From the IMG/VR virus record IMGVR_UViG_3300046804_003469, positions 1 to 64,000 of that record: a stretch of 64,000 nucleotides of DNA. One strand, written 5' to 3'. The notes beneath the pieces are model-generated. The model saw only the letters and a list, made by a program, of their open reading frames with translations, did no database searches and had not been told where the DNA came from. The translations under genes and the position numbers were made by a program. The first letter of the stretch is position 1; the number at the start of each line of letters is the position of its first letter. This document shows, piece by piece, positions 27,670 through 36,054 of the stretch.

Positions 27670-28205
27670 TTTCTTACTACAACATCAGCACAGATTTTTG
27701 AATATGGTGAGTCAGGATGAAACATGACTCCATTTTTATATGCTTCACCACATTTTAATAATCTAACTAATTCAAAATCTAATCTTGCTTTGTCTGCTTC
27801 TGCTTGTTGTCTTGATATTTCTACTCTTACTCTTGATTTGCACAATTCTTGTAAAGAATTATCCAAAGGTAGATTAAATCCAATAGATAATCCAGCATTA
27901 CCAGTATAAGATTGATAAGTTTCTGGATCTCTACTTGCATTAGTATTCCCCACTAAAAATGGTGAAATACTTAGTGTCGGACCCTGACAACTAACCCCTC
28001 CTCCGTAGGTATTAACTGCGAACGGACCTTGTAAGACTTGTACTGCTTGGTTAGTAACATTGCCTGTAGCAGAAGCACTGGGACCAGCAATATTAGTATT
28101 ACTAGGAGCTGTTTGAGCCCACATGGGCGATACATATAAACTTATTGAGTAAAGACAGATACCGAGTTTGTAGTAGATTGTTGTTCTGTGGTGCGATCTA
28201 TCCAT
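27666..28205 (-). CDS. Exported hypothetical protein: beta-hairpin plus coiled coil, Cys-rich
   Basis: Signal-like segment ending MWA/Q; GLSIGFNLPLD then long helix; start uncertain. Confidence 0.7.
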   Translation of the reverse strand: MDRSHHRTTIYYKLGICLYSISLYVSPMWAQTAPSNTNIAGPSASATGNVTNQAVQVLQGPFAVNTYGGGVSCQGPTLSISPFLVGNTNASRDPETYQSYTGNAGLSIGFNLPLDNSLQELCKSRVRVEISRQQAEADKARLDFELVRLLKCGEAYKNGVMFHPDSPYSKICADVVVRK

Positions 28206-28507
28206 GTTTCTTTTGCCACTCCAGGACCTAGATAAGTTTCCGAGAACTGGAACGGAGCACCTTGAGTTTGAATAGTGTAATTTGCTCCCTGTTGAGGAGT
28301 GCCAGGAATGTTTATATTTGTTCCAGTCACTGTGTATGATGTGCCAGTTGTATATTCAACTTGACGAATCGTTTCTACAATTTTTGTAGTGGTTTCTGTT
28401 GTTGCATTTATAGTGCCACGAGTAAAATTGGGCACAACTTGCTCAGCATAAACGGGAGTACAAACGACTCCCGCTGCTAAAAGCAAAGCGGGAGTTATGT
28501 ATCTCAT
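28142..28507 (-). CDS. Exported Thr-rich beta-strand protein
   Basis: Signal peptide (VYA/E); GTNI, FQFSE and C-terminal SVF motifs. Confidence 0.75.
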   Translation of the reverse strand: MRYITPALLLAAGVVCTPVYAEQVVPNFTRGTINATTETTTKIVETIRQVEYTTGTSYTVTGTNINIPGTPQQGANYTIQTQGAPFQFSETYLGPGVAKETWIDRTTEQQSTTNSVSVFTQ

Positions 28508-28965
28508 TTGAATACGCTTAACTCAACACTACGTTGTGCAGTGGCAGTACTTCCAGGACCGCCAGCAGTAACGGTAGGAACACCAGTAGGTGATAATGTA
28601 CCAGCGAGAGAACCCTTGTCCCCTGCTAATTGTGTAACACTATCCCCATAAAGGTTGGGAGAAGCAATAACTCCACCAGAGACCGATTGAACGGTGACTG
28701 GTGTATCAGCAGAAACGAAACTTTCTGAAAAACTAAATGCTTGCCCCGCATTATCAATTGAATAAGTTCCAGCACCACCTACACCACCAAATGAAGTTGC
28801 TTGGATATTTGTACCTGAGGCAGAATATGATGCCCCTATTCTTGTTGATTGAACCGCTGCGCCCTGAACACCAAGTTGAACAGAATCAGTAATCTTTGAT
28901 GTAATTTCAGCAGCACTTACAGGAGTGATTAAGAATAACGAAGAGATTAAAAGTAATCTTTTCAT
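28504..28965 (-). CDS. Exported Gly/Ser-rich beta-strand protein
   Basis: Signal peptide (VSA/A); GTNI, FSFSE and C-terminal SVF motifs. Confidence 0.75.
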   Translation of the reverse strand: MKRLLLISSLFLITPVSAAEITSKITDSVQLGVQGAAVQSTRIGASYSASGTNIQATSFGGVGGAGTYSIDNAGQAFSFSESFVSADTPVTVQSVSGGVIASPNLYGDSVTQLAGDKGSLAGTLSPTGVPTVTAGGPGSTATAQRSVELSVFK

Positions 28966-28996
28966 TTTTCTTATTATTGTGAGTAAACACTAAAAG

Positions 28997-29011
28997 TATT
29001 TATCATAAATA
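28997..29011. promoter_or_regulatory. Back-to-back late promoters TATTTAT-C-ATAAATA
   Basis: Perfect palindrome between divergent ORFs; ATAAATA on both strands. Confidence 0.7.
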
Positions 29012-29034
29012 TTGTTACACTCACTTTCAGAAAA

Positions 29035-29430
29035 ATGAAACGCCAAAGATCCTCTGAGGATACTTTGACGTTGGGACAGAATATTGCTGATCGGTGTTCA
29101 AGTGCTGTCGGTTCTTGGAAGTTCATAATAATCCAGTCAGTAATTTTAATATTCTGGATTATTCTCAACGTCTCATTACCTAATAGTAAAAAGTGGGATT
29201 CATATCCCTTTATACTTTTAAATTTAATGCTTTCTTTCCAAGCAGCATATACTGGTCCAGTTCTTTTAATGGCAGCAAATCGTCAATCTGAAATTGATAG
29301 AAATAGAGCAATAGAAAATCTTGAACTAGTTCAAAATAATTATAAACAACTTGCAGAATTAATAGAAAATATTAATAAACATTTTCATGAGTTGAATGAA
29401 AAAATCGACAAAAATAATGATAGTAAATGA
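29035..29430 (+). CDS. DUF1003 membrane protein
   Basis: ADR..VGSWKFII, DSYPFILLNLMLSFQAAYTGPVLLMAANRQ. Confidence 0.85.
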   Translation: MKRQRSSEDTLTLGQNIADRCSSAVGSWKFIIIQSVILIFWIILNVSLPNSKKWDSYPFILLNLMLSFQAAYTGPVLLMAANRQSEIDRNRAIENLELVQNNYKQLAELIENINKHFHELNEKIDKNNDSK

Positions 29431-29532
29431 TTATTCTTCGTATGCTTCTTTGAGAATAGAATAAATCACCCAGGCAGTTCCTACTAGTCCAATACTGAGT
29501 AAAATAATTATACTCCAAACCACATCGGTCAT
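29431..29532 (-). CDS. 33-aa single-TM microprotein (not in ORF track)
   Basis: MTDVVWSIIILLSIGLVGTAWVIYSILKEAYEE. Confidence 0.6.
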   Translation of the reverse strand: MTDVVWSIIILLSIGLVGTAWVIYSILKEAYEE

Positions 29533-29553
29533 TTTTATTTCTCTGAGTATAAA

Positions 29554-29664
29554 CTACTTTTTCTTACCACCGTTCTTTGCTTTTTTAGCAGTAGCATTAC
29601 CCTGATTTTGTTTTGGTTTATTTGCTTTCTTATTTGCTGCGCCTTTGTTTTTTGCTTTGGACAT
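29554..29664 (-). CDS. 36-aa Lys/Ala/Asn-rich basic microprotein (not in ORF track)
   Basis: MSKAKNKGAANKKANKPKQNQGNATAKKAKNGGKKK; AGAGGA RBS; minus-strand ATAAATA at 29690-29696. Confidence 0.65.
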   Translation of the reverse strand: MSKAKNKGAANKKANKPKQNQGNATAKKAKNGGKKK

Positions 29665-29725
29665 GTCTTTGTCCTCTAAGGTAACTCACTATTTATTAAT
29701 CTAAATAGTTAAAAAAACAAAGGCA

Positions 29726-30061
29726 ATGGCAGTTTTTGCGGCAAATTTAGTAATACCACAAGGAACTGATTTCGAACAATCATTTAATCTTTTTAATGAA
29801 GATGGTAGTCATTTAGTACTTACTGGATGCGCTGTTACAGCAAAACTCCGTAAGTATTATGGATCTGTAGGAGTAACTACCTTTACTTCATCTATTGTAA
29901 ATCCAACTCAAGGTGGAATTAAAATATCATTAAATGAAACACAAACTGCAAATTTGACAGTGGGTAGACATTACTATGATGTTCTGGTAACGTCTGGATC
30001 AAGCATTACTTCAAAGGTTATTGAAGGAATGATTCTAGTAGAAGGAACTGCATCTTTATAA
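29726..30061 (+). CDS. Small Ig-like/BppU-like virion-associated protein
   Basis: NLVIPQGTDF, GRHYYDVLV, KVIEG pattern common in cyanomyoviruses. Confidence 0.6.
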   Translation: MAVFAANLVIPQGTDFEQSFNLFNEDGSHLVLTGCAVTAKLRKYYGSVGVTTFTSSIVNPTQGGIKISLNETQTANLTVGRHYYDVLVTSGSSITSKVIEGMILVEGTASL

Positions 30062-30062
30062 A

Positions 30063-30170
30063 ATGAAAGTAACTCTATCCACAAATCAAATAATTGTAAA
30101 ATCGGATTTAGAAAAAAGAATAACGGTAGGTATTAGTTCTTCTAATGTTATTCAAGTTAAACAAAAATAA
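30063..30170 (+). CDS. 35-aa hypothetical peptide
   Basis: ATG 1 nt after previous stop; MKVTLSTNQIIVKSDLEKRITVGISSSNVIQVKQK. Confidence 0.4.
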   Translation: MKVTLSTNQIIVKSDLEKRITVGISSSNVIQVKQK

Positions 30171-30188
30171 ATTAAATCATTCTGGCAG

Positions 30189-30222
30189 TTGACGGGAATG
30201 ACTGTCAGTGTTATGATAAATA
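30189..30222 (+). promoter_or_regulatory. psbA promoter TTGACG-17-TATGAT with overlapping late-type ATAAATA
   Basis: Hexamers at 30189 and 30212; ATAAATA 30216-30222. Confidence 0.75.
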
Positions 30223-30231
30223 CAACAACAC

Positions 30232-30390
30232 GTTAAGGAATGTAACAAATCCTTAACAATTGTTCTTGCTGAAACGGGTCTAACCACCTTACTGAGACTA
30301 GGCAAGTAAAAGATGTCTCTCATACCCACAGTGGAGGGTGCTGTGGGAAATAATGTAACATCCAGAACCCCCTGGACTTTTACTTACCCT
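30232..30390 (+). ncRNA. Structured psbA 5' leader, probably PhotoRC-II-type cis-regulatory RNA
   Basis: Helices GTTAAGGA/TCCTTAAC, CTTGC/GCAAG, CCCACAG/CTGTGGG, TCCAG/CTGGA, GTAAAAG/CTTTTAC; family assigned from position only. Confidence 0.6.
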
Positions 30391-30400
30391 TTAACGAAAA

Positions 30401-31480
30401 ATGACTGCTTCAATTGCTCAACAACGTTCTAATTCCACCTGGGAGTCTTTCTGCCAGTGGGTTACTTCAACCGATAATCGTCTTTATGTAGGTTGGTTTG
30501 GAACTCTTATGATTCCTTGCCTGCTTGCTGCTACTATTTGTTTCATCATTGCATTCATCGGTGCTCCTCCTGTAGACATTGATGGTATCCGTGAACCCGT
30601 TGCTGGTTCACTCATGTACGGAAACAACATCATCTCTGGTGCTGTAATTCCTTCGTCAAATGCTATTGGACTGCACTTTTACCCCATCTGGGAAGCTGCT
30701 TCCCTAGATGAGTGGCTCTACAACGGTGGTCCTTTCCAACTGGTTGTGTTCCACTTCCTCATCGGCATCTATGCTTATATGGGTCGTGAATGGGAACTCT
30801 CTTATCGTCTGGGTATGCGCCCTTGGATCTGTGTCGCTTATTCGGCACCTGTTGCTGCTGCATCTGCAGTGTTCCTGGTCTATCCTTTCGGTCAAGGTTC
30901 TTTCTCTGATGCGATGCCTCTGGGTATCTCTGGTACGTTTAACTACATGCTTGTGTTCCAGGCAGAACACAACATTCTGATGCACCCCTTCCATATGCTT
31001 GGAGTTGCTGGTGTCTTCGGTGGTTCTCTGTTCAGTGCGATGCACGGTTCTCTGGTTACTTCCTCGCTGGTTCGTGAAACCACCGAGAATGAGTCGCAGA
31101 ACTATGGTTACAAGTTCGGTCAAGAAGAAGAGACCTACAACATTGTTGCTGCTCACGGTTACTTTGGTCGTCTGATCTTCCAATACGCTTCGTTCAACAA
31201 CTCTCGGTCACTTCACTTCTTCCTTGCTGCATGGCCTGTTGTTGGTATCTGGTTCACCGCTCTTGGTGTTTCCACGATGGCGTTCAACCTGAACGGATTC
31301 AACTTCAACCAGTCTATCGTTGATAGTCAGGGTAAAGTGATCAACACTTGGGCAGATGTCCTCAACCGTGCTGGACTCGGGATGGAGGTAATGCACGAGC
31401 GCAACGCCCACAACTTCCCTCTTGATCTTGCTGCTGTTGAGAACACTCCTGTTGCTCTCACTGCACCTGCAATTGGTTGA
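30401..31480 (+). CDS. psbA: Photosystem II D1 protein, no intron
   Basis: Full-length D1: [44 protein letters not shown]. Confidence 0.99.
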   Translation: MTASIAQQRSNSTWESFCQWVTSTDNRLYVGWFGTLMIPCLLAATICFIIAFIGAPPVDIDGIREPVAGSLMYGNNIISGAVIPSSNAIGLHFYPIWEAASLDEWLYNGGPFQLVVFHFLIGIYAYMGREWELSYRLGMRPWICVAYSAPVAAASAVFLVYPFGQGSFSDAMPLGISGTFNYMLVFQAEHNILMHPFHMLGVAGVFGGSLFSAMHGSLVTSSLVRETTENESQNYGYKFGQEEETYNIVAAHGYFGRLIFQYASFNNSRSLHFFLAAWPVVGIWFTALGVSTMAFNLNGFNFNQSIVDSQGKVINTWADVLNRAGLGMEVMHERNAHNFPLDLAAVENTPVALTAPAIG

Positions 31481-31506
31481 TAAAAAAACTGAATAACTGA
31501 TATAAT

Positions 31507-31532
31507 AAGAGGGTGTAATAACCCTCTTTTTT
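31507..31532 (+). terminator. Rho-independent terminator after psbA
   Basis: AAGAGGGT-gtaata-ACCCTCTT plus T run. Confidence 0.8.
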
Positions 31533-31655
31533 ATGTCTCACAATCACAACTACGAACCTATGCCTGACTGGGTTATCTTGGCAGGTATAGGTATTATGGT
31601 ATTTACAGTTCTTGTTTTTCTTTTATTTACCCTTGGAGTCATTTATTGGGGTTGA
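31533..31655 (+). CDS. 40-aa single-TM microprotein between psbA and psbD (not in ORF track)
   Basis: MSHNHNYEPMPDWVILAGIGIMVFTVLVFLLFTLGVIYWG; upstream TTGATA-18-TATAAT. Confidence 0.65.
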   Translation: MSHNHNYEPMPDWVILAGIGIMVFTVLVFLLFTLGVIYWG

Positions 31656-31685
31656 CCTCTTTGTTAACTTATGTTAAGATAAATA
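31652..31685 (+). promoter_or_regulatory. psbD promoter TTGACC-17-TAAGAT with overlapping ATAAATA
   Basis: Hexamers at 31652 and 31675; ATAAATA 31679-31685; AGGAGG RBS downstream. Confidence 0.7.
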
Positions 31686-31706
31686 TGAGAAATGATATAG
31701 GAGGTT

Positions 31707-32768
31707 ATGACTTCATCTACACTTTCACAACCAATTTCACAAAGAGGATGGTTCGATGTACTCGATGACTGGCTTAAGAGAGACCGTTTCGTTTTTGTTG
31801 GCTGGTCTGGACTTCTTCTTTTTCCCACTGCTTATCTTGCTCTTGGTGGTTGGCTTACTGGGACAACTTTCGTTACGAGTTGGTATACTCACGGACTTGC
31901 GAGTTCCTATCTTGAGGGTGCAAACTTTCTTACTGCAGCAGTTAGCACTCCAGCAGATTCTATGGGTCATTCTCTTCTTCTTCTCTGGGGTCCTGAAGCT
32001 CAAGGGGATATCGTCCGCTGGTTCCAACTTGGGGGACTCTGGACTTTTGTGGCGCTCCACGGCGCCTTTAGTTTGATTGGTTTTATGCTTCGCCAGTTTG
32101 AAATTGCTCGATTAGTAGGCATTAGACCTTACAATGCAATCGCATTCTCTGGTCCTATCGCAGTATTCGTTTCTGTATTCCTGATGTATCCATTGGGACA
32201 ATCCAGTTGGTTCTTCGCACCTTCCTTTGGTGTTGCTGCTATCTTCAGGTTCCTTCTGTTTCTTCAGGGTTTCCACAACTGGACTCTCAACCCCTTCCAT
32301 ATGATGGGAGTTGCTGGTATACTGGGAGGTGCTTTACTTTGTGCAATTCATGGTGCAACAGTTGAAAACACCCTCTTTGAAGACGGGGACAAAGCAAACA
32401 CCTTCAAAGCCTTTGAACCTACACAGGAAGAGGAAACTTATTCAATGGTTACTGCGAACCGATTCTGGTCACAGATATTTGGTATTGCTTTTAGTAACAA
32501 GCGTTGGCTTCACTTCTTCATGTTATTTGTTCCTGTCATGGGTCTGTGGACTTCCAGCATTGGTATCATTGGTCTTGCCCTTAATTTACGTGCTTATGAC
32601 TTTGTGAGTCAGGAAATTCGAGCAGCAGAAGATCCAGAATTTGAAACCTTTTACACCAAAAATATTCTTCTAAACGAAGGTCTTCGTGCTTGGATGGCAC
32701 CTACTGATCAACCTCATGAGAACTTTGTGTTCCCAGAAGAGGTTCTTCCGAGAGGTAATGCTCTTTGA
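31707..32768 (+). CDS. psbD: Photosystem II D2 protein
   Basis: [33 protein letters not shown]. Confidence 0.99.
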   Translation: MTSSTLSQPISQRGWFDVLDDWLKRDRFVFVGWSGLLLFPTAYLALGGWLTGTTFVTSWYTHGLASSYLEGANFLTAAVSTPADSMGHSLLLLWGPEAQGDIVRWFQLGGLWTFVALHGAFSLIGFMLRQFEIARLVGIRPYNAIAFSGPIAVFVSVFLMYPLGQSSWFFAPSFGVAAIFRFLLFLQGFHNWTLNPFHMMGVAGILGGALLCAIHGATVENTLFEDGDKANTFKAFEPTQEEETYSMVTANRFWSQIFGIAFSNKRWLHFFMLFVPVMGLWTSSIGIIGLALNLRAYDFVSQEIRAAEDPEFETFYTKNILLNEGLRAWMAPTDQPHENFVFPEEVLPRGNAL

Positions 32769-32774
32769 TTTTAT

Positions 32775-32796
32775 GAGACCCGAAAGGGTCTTTTTT
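32775..32796 (+). terminator. Rho-independent terminator after psbD
   Basis: GAGACCC-gaaa-GGGTCTT plus T run. Confidence 0.85.
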
Positions 32797-32829
32797 ATTC
32801 TTTATAAGTAATATGGAAGCAAATAAAAT

Positions 32830-33381
32830 ATGAAAAAAGTAGCAATTTTCGGTTCAGCAAGAACAAATCCAAAATCAGGTCTTTACAGTGCTGTAGAAAA
32901 ACTTGGAAAAAATATTGCTGAACAAGGATGGATTGTGGTTACGGGCGGAGGTCCAGGAACCATGGAAGCAGCAAATAAAGGTGCAATGAGTATTTGTGGT
33001 GATGAAAGACTTTGTTCAGTCGCAGAGGCGATTTATCTGCCCTTTGAGGAAGGTGTAAATGCTTATGTGCAGGAATATGAAAAGCATCAGACGTTCTATT
33101 CAAGATTAAAAACTTTTGCAGAATGTGATGCTTTTGTAGTTACTCCTGGTGGGATTGGAACTCTTCTTGAAATGGCAATGATCTATCAATTAGTTCAAGT
33201 AAATCATATTGATAAAAAACCAATTATTTGTGTTGGAAGAATGTGGAGAACACTTAAGCATTGGATTGAGGAAGAAATGTTAGATAATGGTTTTTTGAGT
33301 CATGATGATATGGATTTAATACATTATGTTGATAGATTTTCAGAAGCAAAACATTTACTTAAAGGTCTTCTTACAGAATGA
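32830..33381 (+). CDS. LOG-family (SLOG) nucleotide phosphoribohydrolase
   Basis: VAIFGSAR, TGGGPGTMEAANKGA, LPFEE, PGGIGTLLE. Confidence 0.9.
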   Translation: MKKVAIFGSARTNPKSGLYSAVEKLGKNIAEQGWIVVTGGGPGTMEAANKGAMSICGDERLCSVAEAIYLPFEEGVNAYVQEYEKHQTFYSRLKTFAECDAFVVTPGGIGTLLEMAMIYQLVQVNHIDKKPIICVGRMWRTLKHWIEEEMLDNGFLSHDDMDLIHYVDRFSEAKHLLKGLLTE

Positions 33382-33524
33382 TAACATCGGAAACTCCATA
33401 TAAACTGGCAGAAATTATTAGAGATACTTGGCCTAATCTTTATAGATATGAATCACCGAAAACACAAGCAAATACAAAACTTACGCAAACCAAAAAAGGA
33501 ACAATACAATCCTTATGCAAATGA
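33378..33524 (+). CDS. 48-aa hypothetical protein (not in ORF track)
   Basis: MITSETPYKLAEIIRDTWPNLY..; ATGA overlap with the LOG stop. Confidence 0.5.
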   Translation: MITSETPYKLAEIIRDTWPNLYRYESPKTQANTKLTQTKKGTIQSLCK

Positions 33525-33642
33525 TCCACCAGATGCTAAGTGTCCTTATTGTGGAGAGAGTGGAAAGATCTGTTCGTATATTAATAGTGTAAGTCGTGGA
33601 TGGGGAAGGGGTGCTTGCAAGATAAAACACAATAACCTATAA
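33448..33642 (+). CDS. Small Cys-rich hypothetical protein
   Basis: CPYC..C..C; overlaps previous ORF. Confidence 0.45.
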   Translation: MNHRKHKQIQNLRKPKKEQYNPYANDPPDAKCPYCGESGKICSYINSVSRGWGRGACKIKHNNL

Positions 33643-33663
33643 TTCCTAAAAGGCATTAAACAT

Positions 33664-33948
33664 ATGAATGATTATTGGGTAGTGACAGATAAAAACACAG
33701 GTAGGATTATCGCTCACTGTGGCGAAGAAATAGATGCCTTGATGATGATTAGTTTTGATCCAAATAAAAGAACTTATAGAAAACAAAAGTTTATTTTAGA
33801 TCAAGTTATTACAATCTCATCAACAACAGATAAACAACTTCCTGGTCAACAAGGTTTACCTGCAGCAAAAGAAGTACTTCCTCATATAGAATTACAACAG
33901 CAAGTATGGTTACCTGAAGGACAAGGAATTCCTTTAAACACTAAATAA
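33664..33948 (+). CDS. Hypothetical protein
   Basis: Uninterrupted ORF in co-oriented block. Confidence 0.6.
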   Translation: MNDYWVVTDKNTGRIIAHCGEEIDALMMISFDPNKRTYRKQKFILDQVITISSTTDKQLPGQQGLPAAKEVLPHIELQQQVWLPEGQGIPLNTK

Positions 33949-33968
33949 TTTTCAGTTTATTAATAATC

Positions 33969-34208
33969 ATGAAGTTTACAATTTATTCGAAAGACGGATG
34001 CCCTTATTGCAGCAAAATACAACAAGTGTTAGAATTATCTGAACTTGAACATGTTGTTTACAAACTCAATGAGCATTTTACTAAAGAACAATTTTATTCG
34101 GAGTTTGGACAAGGATCCACATTTCCTCAAGTAATTTTAAACGACCAAGAACATCTTGGTGGATGTACAGATACCGTTCAATATCTTAAGGAGAAAAATT
34201 TATTTTAA
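33969..34208 (+). CDS. Glutaredoxin
   Basis: YSKDGCPYC, TFPQV, LGGCTD. Confidence 0.9.
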   Translation: MKFTIYSKDGCPYCSKIQQVLELSELEHVVYKLNEHFTKEQFYSEFGQGSTFPQVILNDQEHLGGCTDTVQYLKEKNLF

Positions 34209-34567
34209 TGGAAACAGCAATTCACGAAGTTTATGGTGATGTAGAAAAAGCAATTGATTTTGCTTTTAATGGACAATTCGTTTTGAAATTTTATGATTAT
34301 TTAAAAATTCGTGGAACAAAAAGATTTGAAGTTGAAGAATTCATTGCAAGTGCCACAGCAAATGAAATTAATAATCTTATAATGGATTTGGATGATTATC
34401 TGGAAGGTGGTGCTGATGAGATTCATAAACAACTTCGTGAGGGATATGGTCACATTCCTAAACCTCAAGCAAGGAAAATAAGAAATTACCTATATGGTAT
34501 TCTTGAAGATGCCTGGAGATATAATAATGACAAAAAACCAGGAAGGAGAAAGAAACAAACTAAATAA
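34208..34567 (+). CDS. Conserved cyanomyovirus hypothetical protein
   Basis: LREGYGHIPKPQARKI; usual position after glutaredoxin. Confidence 0.75.
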   Translation: METAIHEVYGDVEKAIDFAFNGQFVLKFYDYLKIRGTKRFEVEEFIASATANEINNLIMDLDDYLEGGADEIHKQLREGYGHIPKPQARKIRNYLYGILEDAWRYNNDKKPGRRKKQTK

Positions 34568-34730
34568 TTCTGAACTCGATATTAATCGAGGATTTGAACT
34601 GTTACTTAGGAATAGGAGGAGAAAGGATCAAAAGCCAAAAACTTTCCAAATGAGATTTGGCAAAATGATTTCTCTCTTCCGACGAGAGATACACTTTTAT
34701 TTTGAATTTCATTTGGACGTAAAGAAGTAA
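34527..34730 (+). CDS. Hypothetical basic protein
   Basis: INRGFELLLR..; start uncertain. Confidence 0.55.
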   Translation: MTKNQEGERNKLNNSELDINRGFELLLRNRRRKDQKPKTFQMRFGKMISLFRREIHFYFEFHLDVKK

Positions 34731-34747
34731 CTCTCGGAGAACCTAAA

Positions 34748-34975
34748 ATGTTAGCAGTAACTCTCACCATCACAACATTAGTATCAATAATGTTTTTGAT
34801 TGTTGGTTGTATGTTAGGATGGATAGCAAAGCAGCATTTTTATGAAAGAAGTTATTTTTCTTCTATGCATCCAGAAATGTTTGACCACAATGGAAATATA
34901 ATTCCAGACGAAATTTTAGCAGTGAGATTTGAAAACGATTATGACACAAACTACGACGAAGAAGAAGACGACTAG
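34748..34975 (+). CDS. Single-TM conserved hypothetical protein
   Basis: N-terminal TM, HPEMFD..DEILAVRFE, acidic tail; GGAG RBS. Confidence 0.7.
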   Translation: MLAVTLTITTLVSIMFLIVGCMLGWIAKQHFYERSYFSSMHPEMFDHNGNIIPDEILAVRFENDYDTNYDEEEDD

Positions 34976-35522
34976 TAATAGATCTACAACTACTAGTATA
35001 GAACTTCCAACTAACCCCTTTGTATTTGAAATTCTTGAATTAGCATCAAAGCAAAAAACAAACGTAAAAAAAGTAGAAGTTCTTCAAAAATATGAACATG
35101 ATTCTTTAAAGAGTGTTCTGATTTGGAATTTTGATCAATCTATCATTTCTCTTCTTCCTGAAGGTGAGGTTCCTTATGGTGATATTAATGATCAATCAGT
35201 TTATTCTGGGACTCTTTCAAATAATCTTTCCATGGAAGCAAGAGGTGGTGAATCTGCCACTGGACAAGATTTAGATGGAAGAGGAAGAACTTCTTTAAGA
35301 AGGGAATATCAAAACCTCTATCATTATGTAAAAGGTGGTAATAATACTCTTTCGAGTATTCGTAGAGAAATGATGTTTATTAACTTACTGCAAGGACTGC
35401 ATCCCCGTGAGGCAGAAGTTCTTTGTCTTGTTAAGGATAAAAAGTTAAGCGATAAATATAATATCTCATTTGAAAATGTTAAAACTGCTTATCCCGATAT
35501 TACTTGGGGTGGTCGTTCATGA
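34941..35522 (+). CDS. Conserved T4-like hypothetical protein
   Basis: WNFD..LPEGEVPY, RREMMFINLLQGLHPREAE. Confidence 0.75.
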   Translation: MTQTTTKKKTTSNRSTTTSIELPTNPFVFEILELASKQKTNVKKVEVLQKYEHDSLKSVLIWNFDQSIISLLPEGEVPYGDINDQSVYSGTLSNNLSMEARGGESATGQDLDGRGRTSLRREYQNLYHYVKGGNNTLSSIRREMMFINLLQGLHPREAEVLCLVKDKKLSDKYNISFENVKTAYPDITWGGRS

Positions 35523-35851
35523 ATTCTACTATGGAGAAAGAGATGGCAGATTGGACTAAACAAGAAAAAGAAGAATTGCCATCTCAATATGGATGTGAAT
35601 TAATTTACGAAAGGGCAACTTTAGAATTAGCAAAGGATAAGTCTTTACCTAATGATGCTTATCTTGTATTTTATGAAGTTGACAATAACATGAGAATGGA
35701 CGTTTGTAGAGGAAGTAGAAGAGTAGATATCTTTGATCTTTATTACGATAAATTTGGTCCAGGATCTGTTAAAAAAATTACCTGGGGTTATGGCAGGAAA
35801 AATCCAAAACTCTGGGGTTATAAAGCACCTGAGAAAAAGAAAAGATCATGA
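35519..35851 (+). CDS. Conserved hypothetical protein
   Basis: LPNDAYLV, IFDLYYD, GRKNPKLWG. Confidence 0.7.
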   Translation: MNSTMEKEMADWTKQEKEELPSQYGCELIYERATLELAKDKSLPNDAYLVFYEVDNNMRMDVCRGSRRVDIFDLYYDKFGPGSVKKITWGYGRKNPKLWGYKAPEKKKRS

Positions 35852-36054
35852 GTGAAGGATTTAGTGAAGAAAAACTTGAAGTAGCGATTAATAAAGATGA
35901 AGTTGATAAATTGCTGAAGCAATATAAAAAAATTAAAAAATATATGAAATCTTCTTTATATACAATCAAAACTCTTGATGGAAATGAAAAAATTGTAAAC
36001 GATTTATTAAAAGAACTGGAAGACGAATCTGATGGGAAAGCATTATCTACTTAA
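35848..36054 (+). CDS. Hypothetical protein
   Basis: ATGA-coupled ORF. Confidence 0.6.
   Translation: MSEGFSEEKLEVAINKDEVDKLLKQYKKIKKYMKSSLYTIKTLDGNEKIVNDLLKELEDESDGKALST

Noticed and set aside
26851-28965. Calling the exported-protein operon a curli (csgA/F/G) system
   Set aside because: No CsgA-type repeats, CsgG lipobox or CsgF motif was recognised, so curli is only an analogy.
30401-32768. Group I intron or homing endonuclease in psbA/psbD
   Set aside because: Both ORFs are continuous and full length; the spacer holds only a 40-aa TM ORF.
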